From contig MU004232.1 of the NCBI GenBank assembly GCA_010405405.1, positions 2,437,481 to 2,501,480 on the forward strand: DNA of 64,000 bases, given 5' to 3'. Positions 37,136-49,499 of this stretch are shown here, piece after piece. The number at the start of each line of letters is the position of its first letter. Positions within the stretch are counted from its first letter, which is position 1. The translations under genes and the position numbers were made by a program. The stretch is from Microthyrium microscopicum. Its lineage: Eukaryota. The notes beneath the pieces were generated by a model, which worked only from the letters and a program-made list of their open reading frames with translations, searched no databases and was not told where the DNA came from.

Positions 37136-39868
37136 TTATGGATAATCAATGTCGTCGTCCTCTGCGGAGTTCTCATGCTGTTCATATTCTTCCCACGCTT
37201 GCTCGACCTTTGATCCCACATGGATTTGATTAGCGGCCTGCTGTTTAGCAAGATGATCGGCATGGGCTGGATAATGTATTGTTGCAGCTGCTTGATATCC
37301 AGCTTCGTTTGGCTCATATATCTCTGATTCTTGAACAAGTGCCTGTTGCAAAGCGGCGTGATGACCATCGTTTTGGACTTGATACTGGTATTGGTATTGC
37401 TGTTGTTGTTGCGCAGGCTTACGATTCGCCTGCACACTTTCCTTCTGGTCAAGTCTTTTGCGCTCTTGAAACTTTGCCAGTCGTTCGGCATGGCTAGCTC
37501 TAGAACTAGTCTTTTGCTGAGAATGTTTCTCTAGGACATGAACACGTTCTGCTTCCTTGGGCGCAAGCACTTCTGTCGACGAAGGTGCTCCTTTTGGCTT
37601 GTAACCTGCTCTTGGCCTAGGATTATGCTGTTGCTGCAAAGCTGGCGGATGTTGCCACTGTTGTTGCACTACTGGCTGCTGTTGTTGACCCTGCCACAGA
37701 GACTGCCAAAGCTGCCACTGAGGAGTTGATTGCTGATTTCTTGTTTGCGGCGAAGAAGCAGCTTTGTGGTTTGCCCAATCCCAAGCCCAACCAGAATTAA
37801 TTTGGAAAGGTTGTACCTTGATGACAGCACTGGCATTGTCGTAGTCGCTAAGATAGACGAGATAAGCCAGCACCTGACCAAGCACATCACCTTCGGCATC
37901 TACATTCGCACGTTTGAACTCTGGGATTTGACACAAGTTGTGTGGCTCAGTGATGGCTTTGAGCGCCGTATCATCAAGTAGCACGGTGTTAGTCTGATTC
38001 CATATTTCACCTTCAGGATGTCTCTTGGACAAGGAGGGGTCTGTCCAGATCCAAGATAGCTGCTTATACACTTGTACCTTGGAATTGTACTGCGCTGGGG
38101 TGAGGCGAAGATGGTCACGGCTCCAAACACCAACAAGTTGGTTCTGGGTTCCAGGAAACAGTTGGTTGACCATGTTCTTCACGTTCTCGGGCTTACTGGA
38201 CGACCAGATCATGATGTTGTGGTGGACAAGTAGATACGCAAGGAACGAACTCAGGTTCTGACGAGGCACGAAATTGCTCTTAAAATTTGTGCGTTCGAGC
38301 AGAGTGCCGTTCAGATCCATTACTATCAGCAGCCGTTGTCTAGTAGGACGCACGGAGAATGGTGAATCTGCCAAGCGGCGATACTCTCCACTCTGACGAG
38401 GAATAGCGAGTGCCAACGACTGATTCATTTTTCCACGACTATGTGAACCAGATTGAAGTACCTCATGTCCTGCTCCATAAATGCTTTGCACAGAAATGCT
38501 TTGATTAAGAGTGCCTTGACCAGGCTGTGACAGCTCGGAGTTGTACGTCTGGGGATATAACCTCAATGGTAGCGTGGTAGTTCCAAAAGGTGGTACTGGC
38601 GGTTGAGATTGAAGGGAGCGTAGAGGATACCTTCCAACATTCTCTTTTTGTGGACTTATGTTCGAAGCATTGCCATTGACCAACAAACCCGGACTTTGAA
38701 ATGGCGCATTGATAGGTTTGAAGGTAGCTTGAACTGGCGTCGACCACTTCACAGGGGAAGGAAGAGACGAGGTTTGATTTGTTTCCATAGCACGCTTCTT
38801 GCGTCGAAGTTCCCGCTGATACATATGACTTTCTTCTGGCTGATCGAAACCTGCAATGGCTGGAATCAGGAATTGGTGTTGGTTCCCATCGCTTCTATAT
38901 GTAGAGAGTTTCGCGGAATATGCATCAGAAGAAAGAGCTGCAAGTAAAACTTCATTAGAGCTTTTGGTTTGCTGCGAGATGATTCCTTTTCTAGGTCTAG
39001 GGCCCCTGCGACGACGATTACTAAATTCACCAGGGAGCATGCTGTCGGAGGTCCGGTCAACCTCATACGGATCATAAGGTGTTTCTGGATCCGGAGAGAA
39101 ATTGGCTGATCTGGCGCTAGAAGCAGAGAAAGGAGGATTAGTGTTGTTCGAAGTTTGGTCAAAGGGCCAATCGCTTGCGCTGGAATAAACCGTAGTACTA
39201 AGCAAACGGGGCTTAGTGCCAGGAACTTGCCAATTGGCCGAAGATCCAGGAGGAGCTTTTTGCGAACCGGAGCCAGTATAACGCGACGTGGACAAATCGC
39301 TGGGTGGTTGATGCTGTCCATAGCTCAATCGATGCGATCCATGTTGCTCTGCTGTAGACATCCCCTTGTGTGGTCCCAATGACTCATACGCTGCTGGTGG
39401 TGAGGGCGTGGTGAGATCGACATAGTCTGCCTGACGTGGTGGAGTTGTGAGATTAACATAATCTACTTTATGAGGCGGCGTAGTGAGGTCGACATAGTTT
39501 GCATAGTTTGCCTGCTGAGAAGGTGCTGTCATCTTCCTCTGGTCAGTTTGCTGGGGAGGTTTAGCGGGTTGCACGTTAGACTGCGGGTGATAGGCAAAGC
39601 GCACTCTCTGACTAGAAGGTCCTGGAGGAGGCGAAGTCTTGCGCTTGGTGGTGTTTTGCTTGGGGTTTAGCGCATTCAGCAAGGCCTGACCAACGAACTC
39701 TTGATAGTCCGAGTCGCGACGGCTCATCTTTCCAGACGCCAGGAGATGGCTATTCTTGAATGCCTCAATTTGTGTTGCGACCTTTGCGGACAGATTAGCA
39801 AACGGGTTTTTGACAGGAGAGGGTGTCATAAGGTTCTCGTACTGTGAGGTTCCTAAGCTGAGGGTCAT
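37136..39868 (-). CDS. NIF/FCP1-like HAD-fold domain protein with long disordered N- and C-termini, 910 aa
   Basis: LLIVMDLNGTLL, MIWSSSKPENV, KQLSWIW and NTVLLDD motifs; single long ORF; Q-rich tail. Confidence 0.85.
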   Translation of the reverse strand: MTLSLGTSQYENLMTPSPVKNPFANLSAKVATQIEAFKNSHLLASGKMSRRDSDYQEFVGQALLNALNPKQNTTKRKTSPPPGPSSQRVRFAYHPQSNVQPAKPPQQTDQRKMTAPSQQANYANYVDLTTPPHKVDYVNLTTPPRQADYVDLTTPSPPAAYESLGPHKGMSTAEQHGSHRLSYGQHQPPSDLSTSRYTGSGSQKAPPGSSANWQVPGTKPRLLSTTVYSSASDWPFDQTSNNTNPPFSASSARSANFSPDPETPYDPYEVDRTSDSMLPGEFSNRRRRGPRPRKGIISQQTKSSNEVLLAALSSDAYSAKLSTYRSDGNQHQFLIPAIAGFDQPEESHMYQRELRRKKRAMETNQTSSLPSPVKWSTPVQATFKPINAPFQSPGLLVNGNASNISPQKENVGRYPLRSLQSQPPVPPFGTTTLPLRLYPQTYNSELSQPGQGTLNQSISVQSIYGAGHEVLQSGSHSRGKMNQSLALAIPRQSGEYRRLADSPFSVRPTRQRLLIVMDLNGTLLERTNFKSNFVPRQNLSSFLAYLLVHHNIMIWSSSKPENVKNMVNQLFPGTQNQLVGVWSRDHLRLTPAQYNSKVQVYKQLSWIWTDPSLSKRHPEGEIWNQTNTVLLDDTALKAITEPHNLCQIPEFKRANVDAEGDVLGQVLAYLVYLSDYDNASAVIKVQPFQINSGWAWDWANHKAASSPQTRNQQSTPQWQLWQSLWQGQQQQPVVQQQWQHPPALQQQHNPRPRAGYKPKGAPSSTEVLAPKEAERVHVLEKHSQQKTSSRASHAERLAKFQERKRLDQKESVQANRKPAQQQQQYQYQYQVQNDGHHAALQQALVQESEIYEPNEAGYQAAATIHYPAHADHLAKQQAANQIHVGSKVEQAWEEYEQHENSAEDDDIDYP
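39395..39502 (-). repeat. Three 36-nt coding tandem repeats
   Basis: Encode ANYVDLTTPPHK / VDYVNLTTPPRQ / ADYVDLTTPSPP. Confidence 0.85.
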
Positions 39869-40248
39869 TGTTGCGGGAATGGCGGCTGATGGTGGGGCGT
39901 TTTTGGAGTGTTAGTGTTCTAGCAATTGGAAGGCGCGCTTTATATATGGAAGGAGTGAAGGACATGAAAATTACTATGAGATATTGATGGCAGGTGCGAT
40001 GCATAAGGTACCTAGCGCTTGCTCTGCCTGATAGCATCACGTGGCGTTCATGTGGCTGAAAACTGAGCCTGCGCTCCTTTAGGTTTAGCTTGCAGAAATC
40101 ATCCCTGACAAGTTACAGCTCTCCTGTTTCTCCAAGCTGGGCAGCATTTATATCCAACTTCACGAACACCTGCACTAATGACGCTTTCTTACTTTCAAAA
40201 GTTATCAAGAGGCTCATTGCAAGACTACGGTTAGTCACAGGATAAATA

Positions 40249-41714
40249 TCAAGGCAGAGCAAACCGCTGCTTATTCAGGTCCATCACAACTTCCGTTGTA
40301 GCTCCTTCAAGGAAATCATTCATAACCACCAACAATCGCTCCGCCTTCAACCTATCCATTGCGTTGTCCCGTAGCCAAGGCAATGTATGTCTGTCCAGGT
40401 CCGCCTTTGTCGAAGTCAGGCATGAGTTGACACGATTTGCCGTAAGTACGCTGTGGACCAACACCTCCTTGATACTCTGAGAAGTAGCTTGACACTGCAA
40501 AATGGTAACGTCCGTCGCTTCCTGGCCAGCCGTGTTCATACCTTCAAACTGTTTGATGATCGAATCTGCTCTGATCGTAGCATATGCTTGGGCAGTCCAT
40601 GAATCATATTTATCAGCCTCGATGATTCGGATCAACCGTCGACCGTCTGCTCGTAAAGTGGCTACAGACTCCTTGAAGCACTCGTGCTTTCCCCACTTAA
40701 GCCCGCTTTTGGTCGCGCTAGAAATGGCAACGTCAAATGCATGATCTAGTTCTTCGGTGGTTGGTTTTCTGCAGTCTGCGACGATGTTGTCCCATCGAAT
40801 ATGCACAACGACGTGCTCCGCGGGATTGTTATCCAAGAAAACCGCAATGTCGGTCAAAAAGTCTTCAAACGCTACTCCTGGGATGCAAGCATGTTGAAAG
40901 TATGGTCGACTCTTTTTGTGCTCGTTTTCGAAAATGGGAAGAAGATGTGCTGGTCTGAACTCAAAGTAACGAGCTCCAGTCTCCAGTAACACTGAAATCG
41001 GGTCCTTTTGTGTGATAGCGAGACCATATATGAGATTTGGAAGCAGCTTGGTGATCATGCTATGACTGACATGCTCAGCGAGCCATCCAATGGCAGGAAT
41101 ATGCTCAGACAGAACCGCGATGATAGCTTCGTCTTTATCCTTCAGTACTTCTTCACTAAAACTGTCAGCAATTTCCAGTATTCAACGGTTCAAACTTACA
41201 CTGTCGCTAGTCCAGACATAGGCCCATCATGTGGACTGGCCAACGCGAATCTCGAAAATGGTTTCTGCTCTGCTTCGCCTCCCGGAGGCACGATATTGGT
41301 CATCCAAGTCCGATGTGCTGTTCTACTAACTGCAGTCACGTAGCACTGATTCATATTCGTAAGACCAAATTCACCGTGTCCAGCTCCATAAAACCCATAG
41401 GATATAATCGCATCGTCGGTAAGTATTGTCTTCTGGTCCTCACTAGCAAGCATTGTTCCACCCTCGAGTTTGCCAGTGAAGCTGTCGATATCAACATATT
41501 GCGTGGTAACTTGAGACTCGCCGTTCAGGACTACAAATTCGAATCGGCCAGTGAAGTTTGCGAGACCTGATATATCCTTTGATTCAACTTCCAGGTGGGT
41601 TGAAGTAAAATTATCCTGTTCGGTTCGCACTACGTTTCCTCCTGGTACGCTGAATCGCACAGAGTAATTTGGTAGTTTGATGAAAGAGTATGTTTCAATG
41701 CCTTTGCTAGGCAT
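40249..41714 (-). CDS. PLC-like phosphodiesterase (PI-PLC X-domain superfamily); exons 41714-41200 and 41155-40249
   Basis: FALASPHD, AITQKD, GARYFEFRPA, YFQH and VVVHIRWD motifs; 44-nt phase-2 intron. Confidence 0.8.
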
Positions 41715-42035
41715 GATGATCGAGTCAAGATTTGGTATCAAGTCAAGGACAGGCAGGTTGCTTGGCACGCTTAGATATAATTAGAATGGTTATGCTCAGT
41801 GGGTATCTTGAGATATGTACTGTACCCCACTAAAGCTATGTGCTTATCCAATTGGATGGAGGCTAGAGTACGAGGCAATACAATCGCTTTAATGGAGTCA
41901 GGAATCAGTTAGAGTTGATCGAGCGAGATTCAGTCAGAACACGGGAATCGCTGACTACAATGAGATTTGTATCTACGCGGGCGCTATGGTATCATGAACT
42001 CAATACACAATTACTTCAGACCTTCTCATCATACA

Positions 42036-43846
42036 TTAGTGGCCATGTCCATCATCTTCGCCTCTTTGTTCAGGGTCGAGCTTGATCAGGGTATCTATTC
42101 GCATGATTGCAACACAGGCTTCTACTGCACTCTTGAGCTGCTTGACTTTGCTCATGGCTGGCTCCAATACGCCGGCTTTGATCACGTCGTGCACCTTCCC
42201 TTTGCTAAGATCAAGTCCGTAGTTCCGGTAGTTCTTGCGGCGAGCCAACATCTTCTCGTCTTCGGTTGTTGAGTCTTCCACGGCACGCTGGGATAGGGCG
42301 TGTCTTGAGCGAAGTTGAGCAACTAGCTCGGTGGCGTCGAGTGCGGCATTGACGGCCAAGGTCTTGGGAATAATGAGGAGGGATGTTGCGAAAGCGGCAA
42401 TGGCAAGTTGTTCACGAGAGCCCTATTCATGTTAGTCATAAAGTATCCAAAGTAAAATTACAAAGAGAACATACCACAGATGTTGCCCACTCTTCCAGGT
42501 AGATGTGCAACGCTGTTTCCACTGCGGCGCCACCAGGAACAACCTTCCCGCTTTCGAGTGTTCGCTTGACTGCGGATAATGAATCGTGAACTGATCTTTC
42601 CATTTCATCCAAGGAGTAGTCGTTTGCGCCTCTGAGAATTATAGATGCTGATGAATGAACTTTGGTACCTTTGACAAGGATACACTCATCATCAGATATC
42701 TTCTCTTGTACCACTTCGTCTGCTTGACCCAAACTGCTAGCCTCGAACTTCTCGTCACCGTTAAGATCTGACAGAGTACTGATAAGCTGAGCACCAGTAG
42801 CCTTGGCGATACGTCTTAGATCTTCCTTTTTGCAGCGGCGAACACCCATAGCACCCTTTTCGACGAACATCTTGAGGCAGAGCTCGTCAATGCCTTTAGT
42901 GGTGAGGATTACGTTGGCTCCAGCTTTCAGGATCATCTCTACGCGGTCCAGAACTATGCCAGCTTCTCGTTCTCGAATCTTCTCTAATTGTGCGGGATCG
43001 TCGATCGTGATGTGAACGCCAAGCTTCATGCGCTCCTTCTGTAGATTGATATCGAGACAGGCAATCTTCGCATCCTTTGTCCGAGTAGGCATAGCCTGTG
43101 AAGCCACGGTGCAGTTCAGAGCATATCCATCGACAAGTAGAGACTCGGTCGCTGATTTGCCATGCGCTTTGAGAATGTTGACCGCCTTAACAGGGTATTT
43201 TATCTCGTTTCGATTGTTGGTGTATTTGACTGCTGTCATGGCATCGACGACCATATTGGCGAAAAAGTCAGAGTCGCCGCCAATGATTTTGGAGGACATG
43301 CTAGTCTTTGCGATGCTAATCAAGGACTCGCGACCGAGTGCATCTACTCTCGTAGCAATGTTCTCACTCATGTATCGGACAGCTTCTCGGAGCGCAAGGC
43401 GGTAGCCTGTGATGATCGTAGTGGGGTGAATGCGATTTTTCATGAGTTCGTTCGCTCGTTTCAGCAACTCAGCAGCAATCAATACTACAGAAGTAGTTCC
43501 ATCGCCAACTTCACGATCTTGCTGTTGTGCAAGATCCACCAAAATTTTGCCAGCGGGATGGTCGATGTCGAGAAGGGAAAGAATGGTAGCGCCGTCGTTG
43601 GTGACTGTGACATCGCCGATATCATCTACCATCATCTTATCAAGGCCTGAGGGCCCAAAGGAAGACTTAACGACATTGGAGATAGCTTGGGTAGCGGAAA
43701 CGTTCTGATCGCGAATATCCTGGCCAGAGATTTTTTGGCCGCCTAAAACTGAGGTAAAAGTTAGCATTTTTGAGAGCCTACAGGCAAACAATGAGATCCT
43801 TACACAGTGTTCCGGCATTCCGGGGCTGTTCGAATAGACTTGTCAT
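42036..43846 (-). CDS. TCP1: T-complex protein 1 subunit alpha; exons 43846-43804, 43748-42475, 42422-42036
   Basis: [39 protein letters not shown] and VVPGGAAVE motifs; N-terminus typical of the alpha subunit. Confidence 0.97.
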
Positions 43847-44633
43847 TCTGGCGTTGATACTCTAATTTGAAGCTGGGAACGTGAACTTTTTTCATGGAAC
43901 GCGTCTGCAACTTAACGTTGGTGGAGCAGAAGCCTTGGAGGGGCAACGCCGAAGATTCTCCGCATTTAGCTGCGTTTCCCCATCAGCTTCGCTGGCTCCC
44001 ATCAACGCTACTCTTTTAAAGGTGCTATATTTGCCATTGCATTCGATAAAATGTCCAATTCTGAACGCCCTCGATGGCAAATAAAGCACTCGATCATTGA
44101 GTGTAGAGCGTGGGAGCCATCGAAGTTGATGGGCGCGCGCCACTTACCTTGTCTATTGGTTGGTGCAATGCAAGGGGCGGCCTCTTCAGCCTTGTCGTCA
44201 GCCTGATCGTAACTACCTCTCTTCAGACCATGAGATCACCAGTGATAAAAGGAATAAGAGCAAGGTTCGACTGCATGTTTCGTCCAAAATTAGCATTGGT
44301 GGACCTATCATAGCTCCACATCTTTGTGGCTGAGTATTAATTATGCATTCTATCTAGGTAGCCTATACGGCATACGCTGGAAATACGCTATACGGCCCTG
44401 AGTAAACCTGCATGTGTCGTAATGCTGTCCTATTGTGTCATCAATGAGTTCTAAGACGGCCGTTAGCATTTGAGCTTATAGTTACTAATTTGAGATTATG
44501 CCCCTAATTCGAATTCGAGTTGTTGAGGCATGGTGCTGATTTCTATGATCAGTTCCACCAGACATGTAACCTATTATCTTATTTCTACGTTAGCAATTGA
44601 GAGGCATTTGATGAATCTACCTAAGATAAAGTC

Positions 44634-45456
44634 ATGTCAGATACAGTACAATCTACCTCTAAGTCCACAGCAGATCATCCTGTCATCGCGTAAGTCTCGT
44701 CTAGGCGCAAGCACAGGTCTCACATTTTAACTGATCTCATAGCTTTGATGGTGCCATTACAAGCACCACGCTCGTCCAACCGGGTCTTGCATTCGCTGCG
44801 GAGGTTATTTTCTATCTCCAACACCCTCAGCTTCGAAAACTTGCCTCTCAGAAGCCTCCTCTGCATTTCCATTGCTACCAAGAAGAATATATTGAAGTCA
44901 CGGAAGGAAAACTAGCTGTAGAAGCAGATGGGAAAGAACAGGTCCTCACGCCAGAGGATGGAGTCTTCCAGATTAAACCATGGACCCATCATCGACTATA
45001 CCCGCCTCCAGATGATGGTTCTGAGATTACGAAATTCATCTTATCGGGAGCAGAAACAGAAGAACAGTACCAGCTAGATCATTTGTTCTTCTCTAACTGG
45101 TATGCCTACCAAGACACAGTTTTTGTTCAGGGAGGGAAATTTAGCTTGGTACAGATTTTGTCGGTACGTAATGTGGATACTTTCCCATGCCAAAGTCTAT
45201 ACACTTCTATCAGTCAAGCTAAGAAACGATGCAGATGTTCGATGCTGGTGGCTCTTACCTTTCCTTCCCTAAGTGGGTGCCAGGCGGCCGTACATTGTCT
45301 AGATTAATGGGCATCGTAGTTGGAAGGTGGATTGGTGGTTTAATGGGCTATCAGCCATATTACAAGGAATGGAGCACTGATTGGGAATTGGCATGCAGGC
45401 GTATGGAAGGTTCATATTTCCAACGACGCTTCATAGATCGTTTGAGGAGCGGATAA
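44634..45456 (+). CDS. Cupin-domain (RmlC-like) putative oxidoreductase; exons 44634-44689, 44743-45163, 45235-45456
   Basis: Cupin motif 1 PPLHFHCYQEEYIEVTEG and motif 2 IKPWTHHRL found by manual translation (absent from the ORF track); canonical splice sites in phase. Confidence 0.82.
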
Positions 45457-45583
45457 ATTTGACTGTATGATACTCACCTCGACAATATTTTGCCCCAAGC
45501 AGAACGTCAAGCGCTCTTCTACGAGTAATTACTTGTACAATGATCTCTGCGCCCTGGAAATGCATCTTGATTCAATAAGAGCC

Positions 45584-46594
45584 TCAGGTATTCTGTCCAG
45601 CAAACTTATACTCTAGCAGCAATCCAAATACAATGGCTCCTCCTGTATATTGAAAACCATGGCGGAACCACCAAGCGCAGCTCTTTGGATTTCTTAACTC
45701 CACCCTTGTTATCATCAAGGACAAACTGACAAATGACCCGACCCCAGATACCAGAAAGTATGAGATCCCTAGTCCGCCAGTAAAGCCTGAAACCGCGATG
45801 AATAACATCATCAGGGCGAGACACAACCAGAGAAACCCCTTTGTTCTATCTCCAAACAAAACAGCCGTACTGCCCACCGACAACTTAATGTCTTGTTTCA
45901 AGTCCAGATGCGCATACACGGTGTCGTATATGATAGTCCAAAAAGTGCAAGCGATCATCAGTGTTATGAGTGGAAGAGATATTCTTTGAACGACGACTCC
46001 TTGCGAACGCAGGATAAGTAAGAAAGGCCTGACACCCATGGCTAACCCGCCGATCAATATGCCCCAAGATAAACAAAATCCAAGTACTAGTTGAGGAAAG
46101 TTTGTATGTCGTTTCGCGAGCGGATAATAGGCTGTAGCGATGACATTCGGTAAGGCATACAGAGCGCTGTCTCTGAACGGAAATGGGATGAAGCAGAGCA
46201 GAGCTAAGATAGCCTGTGAGATAGCGAAGAATTGTGCGTTCTTCTTGGTCACAGCTCCCCGTGGGATTGGACGGTTTCGAGTTCGGTCGACCTTTGCGTC
46301 GATATCTGCATCGACGATATCATTCCATATGTGTGCAGCATTGGAGAAGAACACACTCCCTGCTGCTACGATAGCTGAAGTATGAAGTGTCTCTGATAAG
46401 GGACTTCGCTGAAGAGTTGCCGCGTAGATGATCCCAAAAAGATGCGGCAAATATATGAGCAGGATCGGGGCGGGAGACGTAAGCCGAGTGAGTTGGATGT
46501 AGGGTGTCCAGGCGGGAGGAAAGTAAGACATCCAGCCCGTTTGCTTGTTGCCTCCAAGAAGCAGGTGTGCTGAAGAGCTTGGAGCAGTGTTCAT
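45584..46594 (-). CDS. UbiA-family aromatic prenyltransferase, secondary-metabolism type
   Basis: WNDIVDADIDAKVDRTRNRP and IYDTVYAHLDLKQD aspartate motifs; YPLAKR; multiple TM helices; no long mitochondrial presequence as in Coq2. Confidence 0.92.
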   Translation of the reverse strand: MNTAPSSSAHLLLGGNKQTGWMSYFPPAWTPYIQLTRLTSPAPILLIYLPHLFGIIYAATLQRSPLSETLHTSAIVAAGSVFFSNAAHIWNDIVDADIDAKVDRTRNRPIPRGAVTKKNAQFFAISQAILALLCFIPFPFRDSALYALPNVIATAYYPLAKRHTNFPQLVLGFCLSWGILIGGLAMGVRPFLLILRSQGVVVQRISLPLITLMIACTFWTIIYDTVYAHLDLKQDIKLSVGSTAVLFGDRTKGFLWLCLALMMLFIAVSGFTGGLGISYFLVSGVGSFVSLSLMITRVELRNPKSCAWWFRHGFQYTGGAIVFGLLLEYKFAGQNT

Positions 46595-47349
46595 TGCCGT
46601 CTGTTGACCCAATCAATAGATGACAGCTTATCTAGAGGGTACCTAACGTTATAGAATGAAACTACCTAGAGGCTAGGTTGTTGCTGAAGCTGGTCAAGAA
46701 TAAGAAATATGGAAGGCTAACTTGTGAAGTATTGCAATGCAGTGGAAGACAATGTGGTGCTCAAGAATATTTAGGTAATTGCAAACTTGCAGTAATCTTT
46801 GAGATTCTTTCATGAATGTCGATCGATTTTACAATGGATACCTTGAATACGGCCTTGTATACGGTTCTTACGGCCCCAGTGGACTGCAGACAAATACAAG
46901 CCTTCATGAACAACGTATGGTAGGGTACTCTTTCTTCCCGAATCTCGAGCACTTTATCTCCCGGCAAGTCCAGAGGTATTAAAAACAACCAGTCAACAAA
47001 ATTTGGTTGTGATAGAGGGCGATAGTGTGTTGTGAATGGGTTAATTCGATATGGTGCATCCCTTGTCAATAGTAGTGTCATCATGGCCTGGACTCTTCCA
47101 AACTTTAGGGGGCGGTGACCGTAATACACGGTATCGCTTTATAATGAATGAAGCGATGTTCGAGTACAAAACATACAGCCTGTATCTAATGAGCGTTAAG
47201 ATAGGGTACTCTAGGTATTTATGAAGCATGAAAACATTACAAAACTGTATTCATGATTCGAGTGCTGCCCAATAGTATCTACAAAAACCACTGTAGCTAT
47301 TTCCAACTGTTCGCCTCGATACCGTTCTCTCCAGCAATAGGTAGATAGC

Positions 47350-48378
47350 TCAAAGGGCTATCAGGCTGGGTGAGGGCGCAGTGTTTTCAAGCTGCCTTTC
47401 AGCCTCGTTTCGCCATTTCAACCAGTACTCGTGGGCTACTCTCCGGATAATTAGAATATCAGCTGCCGACCAGAATTCAAGCTGTTTCCCAAACCACCCA
47501 GTCTTTTGTTGTATTTCGACCTGGTACCCTGCTGTCTGCACATAGTCCACAATCTCTTTACGCGCAGGAATGTCACATGAACGTTCTGTCACCGCCCGAG
47601 CAAATCGAGCCTTGCTCCAAATTTCTACAGGGAACAGGTACTCGGACGTCGGCACATTATCAAGCAAGTAATCGTGAAATGGCTGCCAATCAACATGCTT
47701 TTTGAGGTCTTCTATTTGTGCAGAAAGCCATATCGTCGCGTCGCGCTCCTCAGGAGGATTCCACTGGATATTCGAGATAGAAATCCTGTTGTTGAACAAA
47801 TCTCTAACATGACGCGCTCCTGTATCCCCGCATCCGAGGAAGAAATAGTCTGGAGCGTGTAAAGGGACTCTTCCTATTCGATGCGAGGCTCTTACGATCG
47901 ATTCAATAATGACATTGTCGAAGTCGAGATATCGTTGTAGTTCGTCGCCAGAAAGGTATTTGCCGGCGAGACCGCGATGCCTCCACGGGTAGCCTTTCAG
48001 CTCTGAAAATCCCATGATATTGGGAACTGTCCAAAAAGGAGGCACTTTTTTATGTTCGTGGAACATTTGTACCAGATCGTGGAAAGTCGCTGGTATTGGT
48101 TTGATTATGGTATGATAGCCTCTGGATTCGCTATGCACTTTAAGAAGAAAGAATCTGCAGGTGGTAAGACTCAAGTCGTGTATATTCTCCTTAGTCTTCC
48201 AAGTGCGCTGCTCCCATATCTGTCGTGTTCCCCTGGATGATGAAGATGTTTCATCATCATCTCCAGTGATCGAGGACTTCTCTTCGGATATGTGGTCATC
48301 ATGGTCGCCATGACGAGATCGTTGCCTGTTCGGTGAACCAACCGACTGGCCCACACGGAGTTCTCTATTGTGTTGCAT
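47350..48378 (-). CDS. Hypothetical protein, 342 aa
   Basis: Long ATG-initiated ORF; disordered N-terminus, globular-looking remainder; no recognised motif. Confidence 0.6.
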   Translation of the reverse strand: MQHNRELRVGQSVGSPNRQRSRHGDHDDHISEEKSSITGDDDETSSSSRGTRQIWEQRTWKTKENIHDLSLTTCRFFLLKVHSESRGYHTIIKPIPATFHDLVQMFHEHKKVPPFWTVPNIMGFSELKGYPWRHRGLAGKYLSGDELQRYLDFDNVIIESIVRASHRIGRVPLHAPDYFFLGCGDTGARHVRDLFNNRISISNIQWNPPEERDATIWLSAQIEDLKKHVDWQPFHDYLLDNVPTSEYLFPVEIWSKARFARAVTERSCDIPARKEIVDYVQTAGYQVEIQQKTGWFGKQLEFWSAADILIIRRVAHEYWLKWRNEAERQLENTAPSPSLIAL

Positions 48379-48875
48379 GTTCGGGTATAGGTGATGTTTT
48401 GTATACTGACGTACTGACTATTAGCAAGGTTTTTGTGCTGTGATGCGATAGTATCAATCTGAAGTATGCAGCAGTTGACCTACTTGAACACGTTGATGTA
48501 TCAAGAAAGCTGGAAATACGATGGATAACCTGAGCCAAGTGGATCTGATTGCGATAGTGTTCCTTTAGTGCAGACTTTCACGGCTGCATTCGCTTAGCTG
48601 TACCAAAGGCCCAAAGCAATACAACTTGGCTCATCAATACCATGGGACAGCAAAAAAGTTCAAAAGCTGGCGTAATCCCATGAACTAACGGTTCCGACCT
48701 GGGTTTTAGTCTTCGTCTCGTTATGTAAAAGTGGGCAAGTCAGCAAGTCGGCATGAAGGACTATCGAAGACAACGGAGCAGTATATAGTATTGCTGTTGG
48801 TAAAGGTAACTTTACGGTGTTTAGAGCATAAACAATCTAATGGCGCTTCTCAGTACGTCCATTCTTTATGGAAGG

Positions 48876-49499
48876 CTAGGGTTGGAGCTGCCTAATCAGC
48901 ATGAGCACTGTGTTTATGTCATGTGAGACTGCGTAGTCTACACCTTGTACCGTCCACCTTTGTTGGTGCTTTGTGGCAGACACCAGCTCATATGATAGAT
49001 TGACGCGTTGCTGCTGCTCTTGAATTGTCGCGATGGATCTGTAGTTGCCGCGGATAGGTTTGTTGAGCCAGAGTCGAAGCGTTTCGGTCTCGTAAATGTC
49101 CTTAAACCTAGGATCAAGAAGCACGCTGCGGAGGCTGGGAGCAACGCCGAGTTTTTGAAAAGTAGAGGTATGGCTGACGAGAGCTGAGTGTTGGTACTTG
49201 GTGGCAGACACTAGCTCATAGTTTGGCTTGAAGCGTTGGTGGTTGAGAAGTGGCTGGATGAGGTGTGAGATGGACAGAAGGTCATGCTAGTCGAGGAAGC
49301 AGATGTTGTCAAGTGACGAGAGGTAATGCCGGCCGATAAGGGCTCTCCAAAGCGTTGCTATGGGAGAGATGAGCAAATCGTGCATCGTAGGGACGACGAG
49401 CTGTCGTTGATGAGCTCGAGACTGGTCTTTCTGAGGTTGGAGATCAAGTGCTGTCGTCGATAAGCTCGAATGCTGGTCGTTTCTGAGATCGGAGACCAA
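48876..49499 (-). pseudogene. Possible degenerate or orphan reading frame with internal repeat and one in-frame TAG
   Basis: ORF-track entries 49287-49499 and 48876-49211 share a frame, separated only by TAG at 49287-49289; repeat YELVSATKYQH / YELVSATKHQQ. Confidence 0.3.
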
